Numbered from the stretch's first letter, positions 35,650-46,098 are shown. The stretch: DNA of 64,000 nt from Candidatus Vogelbacteria bacterium RIFOXYD1_FULL_44_32 (GCA_001823065.1 MHTJ01000003.1:106869-170868); one strand, 5' to 3'. A program made the numbers and translations. The notes: a model not told the origin generated them from the sequence alone.

Positions 35650-38600
35650 ATGAACTCTGACTTAACTTTTATAACAAATGAGGGGGGAAACAATCTAAAG
35701 GATAGATTTAGTAAGTTAATTAAAGATACTAGATTTTTTGATGTTTTAGTTGGTTATTTTTATACAAGTGGTTTTTACGCTATTTATCCTCAACTCGAAA
35801 AGACTGAAAAAATTAGAATCTTGATTGGTATCAGTACAAACAAGCAAACCTATAATCTTTTACAACAAGTTCAATCTCATAAAGTAGTTAGTGATACTGT
35901 CGGCGACAGTGTTAAAGCAGAAATGGAAGAGAGTGATAACAGTTATGAAGTTGAAAGTGGCGTGTACAAATTCCTAGAATGGATCAAAAGCGATAAGCTC
36001 GAGATTCGAGCTTATCCAGAGGAAAAAATACACTCAAAAATTTACATAATGACTTTCGAAGAAGATGATCGAGATATTGGGCGAGTTATTACTGGCTCGA
36101 GTAACTTTACTCAAAGTGGTCTTGTAGACAACCTCGAGTTTAACGTCGAGTTAAAGAATCCGTCTGATTATGACTACGCAAAGAATAAATTTGAAGAATT
36201 ATGGAATAAAGGTGTAGATGTAAGTGAAAGATACACAGAAACAATTGAAAAAGATACTTGGTTGCGTGAGGACATCACACCTTATGAGTTGTATTTAAAA
36301 TTCTTATACGAATATTTCAAAGAAGAAATTAATGAGGACAATGAAATTGAACATAGATACAGACCAGAAAATTTCAAAGAACTAAAGTATCAAGATCATG
36401 CTGTAATTAATGCCAAAAAAATTGTTGAGGAACACGGAGGAGTATTTTTGTCAGATGTGGTTGGTCTCGGAAAAACATACATGGGAACCATGTTGTGCCA
36501 GGAGCTCGGAGGGAGGACTTTGGTTTTGGCTCCTCCTCATCTTATTGATGAAAACAACGAAGGTAGTTGGGAAAATGCCTTTAAAAATTTTGGGTTTCGA
36601 TCCCGAGACTATAAGTGTATGTCTATTGGTGCACTGGATAAAATTATTGAAAAAGGGCTTCACTCTGAATTCGATACAGTGCTAATAGACGAGGCGCACA
36701 GGTTTCGGACTGAAGAAACTGAGACGTATGCTAAACTTGCTCAAATATGTCGAGGACGGAAAGTTATACTTGTAACCGCCACTCCATATAACAATTCACC
36801 TAGTGACTTACTCTCACAAATTAAACTGTTTCAGCGTGTAAAGAAAAGTACTATCCCAAATCTTGTTGATATAGAGAGTTTATTCAAAGTATTAGAAAAG
36901 AATCTTAAAGGTTTAGATCGTAAAAAAGACAAAGAACAGTATTTAGCTGTTACTCAATCAAATTCAAAAATAATTAGAGAAAGATTGTTGAAGTATCTGA
37001 TGGTCCGACGAACTAGAACAGAAATTGTCAAATATTACGGTGAGGATTTGAAAGAACAGAAGATGAAATTTCCTGAGGTTGCGGATCCAGCACCTGTTTT
37101 TTATGAGTTCAATGAAAAGGAAAATGAAATTTTCTTTCAGACAATAAAAATAGTTACAACTGAATTTAAGTATTCTCGATATACTCCGTTGCTTTACCAT
37201 AAGGGTTTGTCTAGTGTGGAGGAGCAACAACAGACAAACATGATGAAGTTTATGAAGATGCTGCTTGTGAAGAGACTAGAAAGCAGTTTTTATGCGTTTA
37301 ACATGTCAATTCACCGCTTTATCAGGTCATATGAAAAGTTTATCTCCGAATTTGAGTCTGGTAGTGTGTATATAAGTAAGAAACATACACAAAAAATATT
37401 TGACCATCTTGAAGCTGGTAATATCATGGCTGTCGATGAATTGGTCGAATCCGGGAAAGCAGAAAAGTTTTCAAAAGAAGAATTCAACGAAAGGTTTATC
37501 ATTGATTTGAAAAAAGATTTAGAAATACTTAAAAATATAAAACAACTATGGAGCGAGATTGATAGGGACCCGAAGATTTTGGCATTTAAGGAAAAGCTTG
37601 TATTAGAGAAGCCTGTAGTGGAAGGAAAATCAATTATTTTCACAGAGTCTAAAGAAACTGCGCAGTATTTATTAGAGAATCTGCAAGATGTCTTTCCAAA
37701 TAAAATTTTGTATTTTTCTGGCGCAAGTTCACGGGCTGAGCGTGAGATTGTGATGCAAAACTTTGATGCAAACACAAAGAATAAAAAGGATAACTACTCT
37801 ATTCTTATTACAACAGATGTGTTGTCTGAAGGTGCCAACTTACATCAAGCAAATGTTGTTATCAACTATGACATACCATGGAACCCGACCCGTATTATGC
37901 AAAGAGTCGGGCGTATTAATCGCGTTGACGCTAAGCACGAAAAAATATTTACCTATACTTTCTTTCCGACCGATCAATCTAATGAGCAAATTAAACTAAG
38001 AGAATTGGCGGAAGCAAAAATACAAGCATTTATAACTCTACTTGGTGCAGATGCAAAACTTCTTACAGAAAATGAAGTTCCAGAAGGACATAGCCTCTTT
38101 AGTCGCATCCTCTCAAAAGAATTAATCTCGGGCGAAGACGACGAAGTCGAGAGTGAACTTGGATATCTACAGGAAATTAGAAAAGTAAGAGATGAAGACC
38201 CAAGTTTATTTGAAAAAGTAAAAAGGCTACCTAAAAAAGCAAGAACCGCAAGGATAAATGTGGACAAAAACCCACGGCTCCTAACTTACTTTAGAAAAGG
38301 CAAGTTGCAGAAGTTCTTTATAGTCGAATCCGGCCAAGCTGCAGTTTCTACAGAATTAGATTTTACTGATGCTGCTAAAATGCTCTCTGCTAAACCAATT
38401 GAACGACGTGCATCTCTAAATGAAATATACTTCACCCTTCTTAAGTTAAATCTTGAAATGCTGAAGTCTGTGAATGAACTAGAGGAGGATGAATTTTCTG
38501 CAAGACGAGGGAGTAGAGATAACTCCGCTCGTCTATCCAAAATCCTTAAGGCAAAAGAAATAAAAAATTACAAAGGGTTTACAGAGGATGATGAGTTGTA

Positions 38601-38835
38601 TATCGGTCGAGTAATTGAAGAATTGGATTTTGGAGGTGTGCCCAAGAAAATTGCACAGAAAATTTATAAAAAAGTCGAAGACACACCAGAAATTATTGCA
38701 AACCCAATAAAGCTACTTGGGGTATTAAAAACTTTGCTTCCCAATGATTTCTTAAATCCAACCCTGCAAGAACAAGAATCAGGTACACTGATTAGAAGTG
38801 AAATAATTCTCTCAGAGTATTTTACTGGTAAATAA
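35650..38835 (+). CDS. PLD-nuclease + SNF2/SF2 helicase, restriction-associated
   Basis: HSKIY...GSSNFT (PLD), DVVGLGKT, DEAH, TATP, QRVGRINR. Confidence 0.9.
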   Translation: MNSDLTFITNEGGNNLKDRFSKLIKDTRFFDVLVGYFYTSGFYAIYPQLEKTEKIRILIGISTNKQTYNLLQQVQSHKVVSDTVGDSVKAEMEESDNSYEVESGVYKFLEWIKSDKLEIRAYPEEKIHSKIYIMTFEEDDRDIGRVITGSSNFTQSGLVDNLEFNVELKNPSDYDYAKNKFEELWNKGVDVSERYTETIEKDTWLREDITPYELYLKFLYEYFKEEINEDNEIEHRYRPENFKELKYQDHAVINAKKIVEEHGGVFLSDVVGLGKTYMGTMLCQELGGRTLVLAPPHLIDENNEGSWENAFKNFGFRSRDYKCMSIGALDKIIEKGLHSEFDTVLIDEAHRFRTEETETYAKLAQICRGRKVILVTATPYNNSPSDLLSQIKLFQRVKKSTIPNLVDIESLFKVLEKNLKGLDRKKDKEQYLAVTQSNSKIIRERLLKYLMVRRTRTEIVKYYGEDLKEQKMKFPEVADPAPVFYEFNEKENEIFFQTIKIVTTEFKYSRYTPLLYHKGLSSVEEQQQTNMMKFMKMLLVKRLESSFYAFNMSIHRFIRSYEKFISEFESGSVYISKKHTQKIFDHLEAGNIMAVDELVESGKAEKFSKEEFNERFIIDLKKDLEILKNIKQLWSEIDRDPKILAFKEKLVLEKPVVEGKSIIFTESKETAQYLLENLQDVFPNKILYFSGASSRAEREIVMQNFDANTKNKKDNYSILITTDVLSEGANLHQANVVINYDIPWNPTRIMQRVGRINRVDAKHEKIFTYTFFPTDQSNEQIKLRELAEAKIQAFITLLGADAKLLTENEVPEGHSLFSRILSKELISGEDDEVESELGYLQEIRKVRDEDPSLFEKVKRLPKKARTARINVDKNPRLLTYFRKGKLQKFFIVESGQAAVSTELDFTDAAKMLSAKPIERRASLNEIYFTLLKLNLEMLKSVNELEEDEFSARRGSRDNSARLSKILKAKEIKNYKGFTEDDELYIGRVIEELDFGGVPKKIAQKIYKKVEDTPEIIANPIKLLGVLKTLLPNDFLNPTLQEQESGTLIRSEIILSEYFTGK

Positions 38836-38837
38836 TC

Positions 38838-41800
38838 ATGAATAAGACAGAAGCAACAACAATAATCAATAAAACATTTAGCTCAAGTTTTGATGAGGAT
38901 AGTTTTAATCTTTTTGTATCAAATCTTTTTAAGGAATATGAGCCAGTAGAAAAAAGACCTTTTATTAAAAATGCCTTCACTGCATATGTTTCTGAGTATA
39001 AGATAATTGGACACTATAAAGATAGTGAAGAAAAAGAAATCGATATATTAAAAGTTCATCTTAATCATGTTCTATCAATTGAACGAGCCAGAACTGCTCA
39101 GAGAAACTTTGTAGCGGACTATTTAAAAACGAATGGTAAAAACGCAGCTCTAGTAGCTTTTGTATCACCAAAATACGATGACTGGAGACTTTCGCTTGTG
39201 AGGCTAGAACATTCCCTGGAAGTCGTAGATGAGAAACTAAAAACTAAAGAAGAAATAACACCTGCTAAAAGATGGTCATTCTTGGTTGGAAAAAACGAAG
39301 GAAGCCATACTGCTCAAAGTAGATTTACAGATCTTTTGGTTCACAATGAAAGGCCCACATTGACTGAACTAGAGTTAGCTTTTGACATAGAGAAAGTCAC
39401 TAAAGAATTTTTTGATAAGTATACTGAGTTGTACTTTAAATTGAAGGAACATCTAGATGAAATATTGAAAAAGGATGAGAAGATAAAAAGTGATTTTGAA
39501 TCAAAGGAAATTTCAACGGTAGACTTTGCTAAAAAAACATTAGGTCAAATTGTTTTTCTTTATTTTCTTCAAAAAAAAGGGTGGTTTGGGGTAGCGGCAG
39601 ATAAAGAATGGGGGGAAGGACCTAAAAAGTTTATTAGATTATTGTTTGGCCGACGAGGCCTATATGGTAAAAACTTTTTTAATGATGTTCTTGAGCCCTT
39701 ATTTTATGAAGCTTTGGCTCAAGACAGAGGCAAGGAATCAATTTATCCACGACTGAATAATTGTCGGATGCCATTCCTCAACGGTGGATTATTTGAGCCT
39801 ATGAATGGTTATCAGTGGGAGACAACGGATGTTATTATTCCTGATGAGTTATTTTCAAATACACACAAAACAAAAGAGGGAGATATCGGAGACGGTATCT
39901 TAGATGTTTTTGATAGATACAATTTTACAGTAAACGAAAACGAACCATTAGAAAAAGAAGTGGCAGTTGATCCGGAAATGCTAGGAAAAGTTTTTGAAAA
40001 TCTTCTTGATATTAAAGATAGGAAAAGCAAAGGGGCTTTCTACACACCTCGAGAGATTGTACATTATATGTGTCAACAAAGCCTAATCAACTATCTTGAA
40101 ACAGAAACTAATGGAGAAGTTTTAAAAGAAGATATTGAAACTTTTATCAACAAAGGAGATTTTATTATTGAGAATGATAAAATTGCCCTAGAAAGAGAAA
40201 AAAACAGAAAAGCAAAGGGTGCAAAGTATGAAGATAAGACATATGCGTTACTCCTTCCTGAGTCAATAAGAGCGCAAGCAGATACGTTCGACAAATTGCT
40301 TAAAGAGGTAAAGGTAGCTGATCCCGCAGTTGGGTCTGGGGCTTTTCCACTGGGAATGATCAATGAGATTGTACGTGCAAGAAAAGTTTTAAATATCTAC
40401 AATTCATCTGAGATTTCTGATTATGATCTAAAACTACATACAATTTCAAATTCAATACATGGAGTTGATATTGATCCTGGAGCTGTTGAGATAGCTAAAC
40501 TTCGGCTGTGGCTTGCATTGGTTGTGGAAGAAAAAGAACCCCATCCACTCCCTAACCTTGAACATAAGATTATGCAGGGAAATAGTCTTATTTCTGAGTA
40601 CGAAGGAATTAAACTGTTTGATGAAAATATTATTGAAAAAAGAGATTCAGATGAGGTTATGCAAAACACTCTTGGCTTAGGAAAATCTGGTTCTGAGTTA
40701 AAAATGGAAGACCTGCAAAATAAAATAGAGCTGTATGTAAACGAGTCTCAGAGAAGTAAAAAACAAAAGCTAAAACAAGATATAGATAACCTGAAATGGG
40801 AGCTCATTGAAGTTACTCTTGAAGAACAAAAAAAAGTAGATAAGCTGGTTGAGATTAAAAAGTTCCGACGTAAAAACATTCGCCCATTTTTTATTTGGAG
40901 ATTAGAGTTTAGTGATGTCTTCAAAAAGAAGGGTGGTTTTGATGTGGTAATCGGTAATCCTCCTTATGGATTCAGAGATGTACTCACAAAAAAAGAGAAA
41001 GAGTATTTTAGAAAAGTTGAGAAAATTGAATTTCAAAGCGGAGACTCTGCAGAATTGTTTTGTAAAAAATCATTTGATACGCTGCTTAAGGATAATGGTA
41101 TTCTGTCCTTTATAATCCCTAAAAAATGTACCTATGGTGACTCTTGGGGTGGATGGAGAACCAATTACTTCAAAAAGTATGATCTACATTTTGTATTGGA
41201 TTCAGGGAAAGCGTTTGACAGAGTTCTGCTTGAGCAAACTGCATTTGGTTTGGCTAAAAAAATACAAAACGCGGAAGTCCAATTGTCTTTTTTAGATAGT
41301 AAAAAAGATAAGATTCATCATTTTTCCAAATCAACCAAAGACAGTATTTTCAAAGAAAATAATACTCTTCAGATATACTTGGAATATTTCCCGAGAAGTA
41401 TTTTTGAGAAAATACAGAGAAAATCAGAACCGAACCTTTTTGTTAGTGGTGATTTAGGACTTGGAATTGGTATTGATTTTTTTTCTGACGAAGAAACTCC
41501 TAATAAATTACTAAAAGGAATTGATATTGACCGTTGGAATATTAGAGGACATAGGTATCTAAAAAATAGAGAAAAATTGAATTGGAAAAAAGCTCAGGGG
41601 TTTTTGAGACCAAAAGTAATATGTCAGAGACTTGTTGCACACATTGAAAATCCTTCCCCGCATATAAGAATTAATGCATGTTTTGACTCCGAAGGAATTA
41701 TTATTACCAATACAATAACCGCATTTAAGTTAAATGAAATGATAGAGGAAAAATTTTGGTTAGCGTATTTAAATTCTTCCTTAGTTAATTGGTATACGTA

Positions 41801-42065
41801 TAACTTTATTTATGGGCGCGCTATTAGAGGTATGGATTTTTATAGTTTCTATATTGAGCAAATACCAATTCCCAATATTTCTCATGATCACCAAAGTAGG
41901 TTTGTAGAATTAGTGAATCAAATATTAGATATTACTAAAGATAATAATTATGATTCTAAAAATGTAACAGCGCAACAGAAATTTCTAGAAAAACAGATTG
42001 ACGAGATGGTTATGGATCTATATGAGTTAACTCAAGAAGAGAAAGAGATTGTCCATAAAACTTAA
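38838..42065 (+). CDS. type IIG / Eco57I-like N6-adenine methyltransferase with TaqI-like specificity domain
   Basis: FLNGGLF, GAFYTP, DPAVGSGAF, GNPPY, C-terminal target-recognition region. Confidence 0.88.
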   Translation: MNKTEATTIINKTFSSSFDEDSFNLFVSNLFKEYEPVEKRPFIKNAFTAYVSEYKIIGHYKDSEEKEIDILKVHLNHVLSIERARTAQRNFVADYLKTNGKNAALVAFVSPKYDDWRLSLVRLEHSLEVVDEKLKTKEEITPAKRWSFLVGKNEGSHTAQSRFTDLLVHNERPTLTELELAFDIEKVTKEFFDKYTELYFKLKEHLDEILKKDEKIKSDFESKEISTVDFAKKTLGQIVFLYFLQKKGWFGVAADKEWGEGPKKFIRLLFGRRGLYGKNFFNDVLEPLFYEALAQDRGKESIYPRLNNCRMPFLNGGLFEPMNGYQWETTDVIIPDELFSNTHKTKEGDIGDGILDVFDRYNFTVNENEPLEKEVAVDPEMLGKVFENLLDIKDRKSKGAFYTPREIVHYMCQQSLINYLETETNGEVLKEDIETFINKGDFIIENDKIALEREKNRKAKGAKYEDKTYALLLPESIRAQADTFDKLLKEVKVADPAVGSGAFPLGMINEIVRARKVLNIYNSSEISDYDLKLHTISNSIHGVDIDPGAVEIAKLRLWLALVVEEKEPHPLPNLEHKIMQGNSLISEYEGIKLFDENIIEKRDSDEVMQNTLGLGKSGSELKMEDLQNKIELYVNESQRSKKQKLKQDIDNLKWELIEVTLEEQKKVDKLVEIKKFRRKNIRPFFIWRLEFSDVFKKKGGFDVVIGNPPYGFRDVLTKKEKEYFRKVEKIEFQSGDSAELFCKKSFDTLLKDNGILSFIIPKKCTYGDSWGGWRTNYFKKYDLHFVLDSGKAFDRVLLEQTAFGLAKKIQNAEVQLSFLDSKKDKIHHFSKSTKDSIFKENNTLQIYLEYFPRSIFEKIQRKSEPNLFVSGDLGLGIGIDFFSDEETPNKLLKGIDIDRWNIRGHRYLKNREKLNWKKAQGFLRPKVICQRLVAHIENPSPHIRINACFDSEGIIITNTITAFKLNEMIEEKFWLAYLNSSLVNWYTYNFIYGRAIRGMDFYSFYIEQIPIPNISHDHQSRFVELVNQILDITKDNNYDSKNVTAQQKFLEKQIDEMVMDLYELTQEEKEIVHKT

Positions 42066-42089
42066 TCCTGTTGATTGGTTATAATTCTC

Positions 42090-42998
42090 CTAGGCTTCTG
42101 AAAGTGGCAACTGGTAGTTTTGAAGTGCACTATGATGATCCAGAACTTTTTTGATGTAAAATTCGGTTTTTAGGCCCTCGAGGGTTTCAAATTGTTTTCG
42201 TATAATTTTTACGCGCAAAATGTCGTCTTTTGCAAAAGCCTCATTATTTGACTGTACCCGTCGTAAGAAATCACCATCTTGTACTTCAGCCCAAAAATTC
42301 GTATTTCCGTCAGAAAAGCGCCATTTATTGTTTTCTTGAAACACAGCACTAATGATTTGCAGACTGATTTCGTACTCTTGCTCGTCGATCAACTTTTCTT
42401 GCAGTTCTGGAGATATAAAATATCTAGATTCGTCTTTTGAAATAGTCTCAATCATTTCAGAATCAGAATTAAAACTAATTTCTTCGATCCCATCTCTTGC
42501 GAGTGGCTTATAAATAACAGCTTCAAGTGATCTGCGAATTTTTACGACAGGCAGTAATTTTGCGGTTTTATTATCTATCTCAAGGGTGTCATCGTCTTCA
42601 AGTTCGATTCGAATATTACCAGATGTGAGTTTTATAACATTGGTAATTTTCCTGTTTTTTAACCATTTAATCAACTTTACCAGTCCTGTGATGCCAGTGC
42701 CACCATAAACTAATACTTCTAATAAGTTTAATGCGCCGGCAACATCCTTGTTATTAAAAAGATCAAGAGCTTGTGTTGCAAAATCTTGAACCAGATTGAG
42801 GTCAACACCTAATGATCCGTCTTTAAATGCTCGTACGTTCAAGACAACCTTGGTCCGGCTTCCATTAAGGACGCGGTTTGCTTCTTCTACTGCTTCGCCA
42901 AGGGCGAACAGTGCAGGAGATAACTCTTTTACATCCATCTCGTGGTTTTGCAGTGCGAAGCCATCATATTTAAGTGTGAAGAATGTGCTTTTTTCCAT
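42090..42998 (-). CDS. conserved-looking hypothetical protein
   Basis: 302-aa ORF, YDG..L.NHEMD..L...NKWRF.DG. Confidence 0.75.
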   Translation of the reverse strand: MEKSTFFTLKYDGFALQNHEMDVKELSPALFALGEAVEEANRVLNGSRTKVVLNVRAFKDGSLGVDLNLVQDFATQALDLFNNKDVAGALNLLEVLVYGGTGITGLVKLIKWLKNRKITNVIKLTSGNIRIELEDDDTLEIDNKTAKLLPVVKIRRSLEAVIYKPLARDGIEEISFNSDSEMIETISKDESRYFISPELQEKLIDEQEYEISLQIISAVFQENNKWRFSDGNTNFWAEVQDGDFLRRVQSNNEAFAKDDILRVKIIRKQFETLEGLKTEFYIKKVLDHHSALQNYQLPLSEA

Positions 42999-43118
42999 AT
43001 CGTTAATTTAATTATAGTCAATAAATGCAATATGCGCACGAAGATTGTCCACTCGAACTTTTACAGGGCTACATAGGTCTGAGCTTGGTTTGAAATATGT
43101 TGATCGGTGGTCAATCTT

Positions 43119-43224
43119 CTATACTCAAAAAATGAAAAATATAGTCTTGTTTGGAGATAGTTTTCTGGGACAATTCCCATCTTTGTTTATACTAGCATTT
43201 TGCAAAACACTAGTATAAGAAAAT
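43119..43224 (+). repeat. direct repeat, copy 1, containing 28-bp palindrome at 43189-43216
   Basis: Near-identical to 44957-44992 plus 45117-45176. Confidence 0.8.
43132..43218 (+). pseudogene. 28-codon fragment resembling an SGNH/GDSL hydrolase N-terminus
   Basis: MKNIVLFGDSFLG..., terminated at the palindrome. Confidence 0.4.
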
Positions 43225-43422
43225 TGGGGGTTTTGATACCAAGGGGCGGGAAATGGGGAAATAGAGAATAGGGTCAGTAATGTTTTTTCACTTTTATGTT
43301 GGTAAAAAACAGCTAGTCGTTGGTTATTGTTATATTTTCTCAAATATGTTATAATTGTAGTTGGTTAAAAGCCCGATTCACGGGCTTTGTTTGGTCTATA
43401 CAAGGTAAAAGGAGTGAGAACT

Positions 43423-44823
43423 ATGAAGTTGGGATTGATGTTTATCGCAGTCGCTGGTGGTATTTCACTAGCGGCGTCGGCCGAAGGGCCGAGCTTACCA
43501 CACGCCCAGCCGGTAGAGGATTTGGGGGCCGTCTCTTGGGCGGTGTCTGACGCTATGAAAGCTCAAACGTCTGTCTCTGACACGAAAGCGGCCCCGGTCA
43601 CTTACACAGTGCCGGGCGACTTTCCGACGATTCAGACAGCGGTCGACGCGGCCGCCCCTGGCGATGTGATCGAGGTTACCGGTTCGCACTCGGGGCAGGT
43701 GCTCGTCACCAAGTCTATCAGCCTGATTGGTGTCGGGAGTGGGGCCACAATTGCCGCCACCGATGCCATGCCGGTGGCTTTGGTCCAAGGAACGACCAGT
43801 TTCCGACCAGTGGTTTTTGTCGGTAGCACGGGTGCGGTTGTAATCGAGAATATCGACATCGACGGCCTCGGGAAGGGTAACACCAACAACAGCTTCGTGG
43901 GTCTCTTGGTTCACGACTCGGAAGTGAGTGTGGCATCCTCAACGGTTACTGGTATTGTAAGTACGCCACTGGATGGCAGCCAGCACGGCGTTGGTATTCG
44001 TTCATCTGGAGCATCGGTTTTGCAGCTCCAAGACGTGAATATTAACAACTTCCAGAAAAACGGCACCGCCTTTACTCCGACGACACATGTCGTTTGGAAC
44101 GGTGGCACTGTTGCGGGCGCCGGTCCGACGGCGGTTACCGCTCAAAATGGGGTGCAGTTTGGCTCGGGGTCTGGTGGGGTGACCGGTAGTATCACCGGTG
44201 TGACGATCCGAAATATCGATTACACTGGTGCCGGTTGGACCGCTTCGGCCCTTCTGATCTACTACTCCGACGGGTTACAGGTTACCAATTGCGTCGTTGA
44301 AGACAGCCAGGCCGGGTTGTACACCTATGAGGCGGAGAACCTTGTCTTTACCGACAATATTTTCGACCAAAACCAGTTCAACCTGGTCTACGGCGGGAGT
44401 GCTACCTTTATCGGCAACACCTTCTCCAACAGCGATGACGCTGGTGGGTATGGCATAGGGCTCTGGCTCTATGATGTACTGGGTGCGACGGGCACCGGCA
44501 ACACTTTCGAAAACAACCCGTATGGGTTGTACGTCGCCGGCACGAGCACTGGTGTTAATTTCCCGGATTCGCGTTTTGTCTACAACGTCGAAAGTTGTGT
44601 GAACGAGACCACGGAGACGGTGAATATTACTCACTCCTGGTGGGGCGACCCAGCCGGACCGGGGACATGCCCGGTTGGCTTCGACTGTTCGGACTGGCAG
44701 ACCCATGATGGGCCACTGCCGGTACCGGCCACCAGTACTTTTGGCCTTCTAGGTCTGGTGCTAGCCCTAGTCGCCGGTGGGCTATTTTACATTAGCCGGA
44801 CCGTCGGCAAGTCCTACCTCTGA
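43423..44823 (+). CDS. secreted right-handed beta-helix protein with IPTL-CTERM-like tail
   Basis: Signal peptide, VPGDFPTIQTAVDAA, N-rich PbH1-like repeats, WWGDP.GP, PVPATSTFGLL..TM..R; SD aaggag. Confidence 0.8.
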   Translation: MKLGLMFIAVAGGISLAASAEGPSLPHAQPVEDLGAVSWAVSDAMKAQTSVSDTKAAPVTYTVPGDFPTIQTAVDAAAPGDVIEVTGSHSGQVLVTKSISLIGVGSGATIAATDAMPVALVQGTTSFRPVVFVGSTGAVVIENIDIDGLGKGNTNNSFVGLLVHDSEVSVASSTVTGIVSTPLDGSQHGVGIRSSGASVLQLQDVNINNFQKNGTAFTPTTHVVWNGGTVAGAGPTAVTAQNGVQFGSGSGGVTGSITGVTIRNIDYTGAGWTASALLIYYSDGLQVTNCVVEDSQAGLYTYEAENLVFTDNIFDQNQFNLVYGGSATFIGNTFSNSDDAGGYGIGLWLYDVLGATGTGNTFENNPYGLYVAGTSTGVNFPDSRFVYNVESCVNETTETVNITHSWWGDPAGPGTCPVGFDCSDWQTHDGPLPVPATSTFGLLGLVLALVAGGLFYISRTVGKSYL

Positions 44824-44848
44824 CCTGAAATTGAAATGTGTGAATCCT

Positions 44849-44882
44849 GGCCTGGGAGCGCTTTCGCTCCCAGGCTATTTTT
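44849..44882 (+). terminator. intrinsic terminator
   Basis: gcctgggagcg-cttt-cgctcccaggc plus T-run. Confidence 0.7.
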
Positions 44883-44956
44883 ATAAAATAATTATTTTGA
44901 TAAGCCTAGAAACAGTGTCAGGCACCTTTATTTAACCCCGCGGGGAATTTATTTTG

Positions 44957-45176
44957 CTATACTCAAAAAATGAAAAATATAGTTTTGTTTGGGCTAAAAC
45001 ATTCGTAGCCGAATGTTCGCCCCTTAGTTTGCTTTTGCAAACCGGGCGAGCGTATGAAAACGCGCTATAGCCGAACACCCCCTAAAAGAAGGGGTGTTGT
45101 AGGGACCTATAATTTCCTGGGACAATTTCCATCTTTGTTTATACTAGTGTTTTGCAAAAGACTAGTATAAGAAAAT
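44957..45176 (+). repeat. direct repeat, copy 2, with ~112-bp palindromic insertion and 28-bp palindrome at 45141-45168
   Basis: Matches 43119-43224 apart from insertion 44992-45104. Confidence 0.8.
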
Positions 45177-45197
45177 CAGGAGTGATATAATTTATTT

Positions 45198-45470
45198 ATG
45201 GCACTAGACTACCGAAAGATTGAGAGACTAATAAAAGGAGTTGCTAATCATAACCGGTTGAAGATTTTGGAATTGCTCCAAAAAGAGCCAGAACTCTCAG
45301 TTGCAGACATAAGTGAGCGGCTCAAAATAGGGTATGAGAATGCTTCCGACCATATTCGTAAGATGGCTATAGCCGGACTTCTGATGAAACGTAATGACGG
45401 TCCAAACGTCCGCCACAAACTGACACCCCGTGCCCTCTCTATACTAGTGTTTTGCAAAAGACTGCAATAA
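45198..45470 (+). CDS. ArsR-family transcriptional regulator
   Basis: NRLKILELL...LSVADIS..L...S.H...AGL. Confidence 0.85.
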   Translation: MALDYRKIERLIKGVANHNRLKILELLQKEPELSVADISERLKIGYENASDHIRKMAIAGLLMKRNDGPNVRHKLTPRALSILVFCKRLQ

Positions 45471-45557
45471 GAGAATAATTTAGAAATGAGAAATGGGGTC
45501 GGGCACTATTAATCTATGCATAATCCCACTGGGAAGTAATTTGCTATAATTAAACAT

Positions 45558-45842
45558 ATGATTAAAGAATATATTTCTTACCTAAAAGACAATCCACAGG
45601 GGCTGTGGTTTAAGCGAAAGCTCTATGGCTGGGGTTGGGTGCCAGTGCGCTGGCAGGGTTGGCTGGTGGTGGCTATTGCCATTACTCTGGTTACTTTCTG
45701 TATTTATATTGGCGACACCGATGATGCTCCCGGGGCGGCGGGCTTGGGGGTTTTGCTCGCCGTGGTGCTAATATTTACCTTTGGCTATTGGAAGGGTGAA
45801 AAACCCCGCTGGCAGTGGGGACCACCGAAAGAGAAGGAATAG
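45558..45842 (+). CDS. small membrane protein
   Basis: WFKRKLYGWGWVPVRWQGW, two TM, KGEKPRWQWG. Confidence 0.8.
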   Translation: MIKEYISYLKDNPQGLWFKRKLYGWGWVPVRWQGWLVVAIAITLVTFCIYIGDTDDAPGAAGLGVLLAVVLIFTFGYWKGEKPRWQWGPPKEKE

Positions 45843-45846
45843 TTTT

Positions 45847-46098
45847 ATGACTAAGAAAGAGATTAGTACTAAAGTGGTACATAAATTGCCTACGGATTTA
45901 CGACAGGCTTTAATGAAAACACCGACAGCGCAAGCCGTCTGGGCAGATATTACACCACTGGCCCGTAATGAGTGGATTTGCTGGGTGACCTCCGGCCAGA
46001 AAGCCGAGACCAGAAATATTCGGATTGAAAAGGCAATTTCGAAACTTAAAGGCGGAATGCGCCGGCCTTGTTGTTGGGCTGGTTGCCCGCATCGGTGA
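45847..46098 (+). CDS. YdeI/OmpD-associated family protein
   Basis: LP.DL..AL...W..ITPLARNEWICWV...K.ETR..RI...L..G.RRPCCW. Confidence 0.85.
   Translation: MTKKEISTKVVHKLPTDLRQALMKTPTAQAVWADITPLARNEWICWVTSGQKAETRNIRIEKAISKLKGGMRRPCCWAGCPHR

Noticed and set aside
44910-45510. Short palindromes gtgtcaggcac (44916) and gggtcgggcac (45496)
   Set aside because: REP-like but too short and divergent to call.
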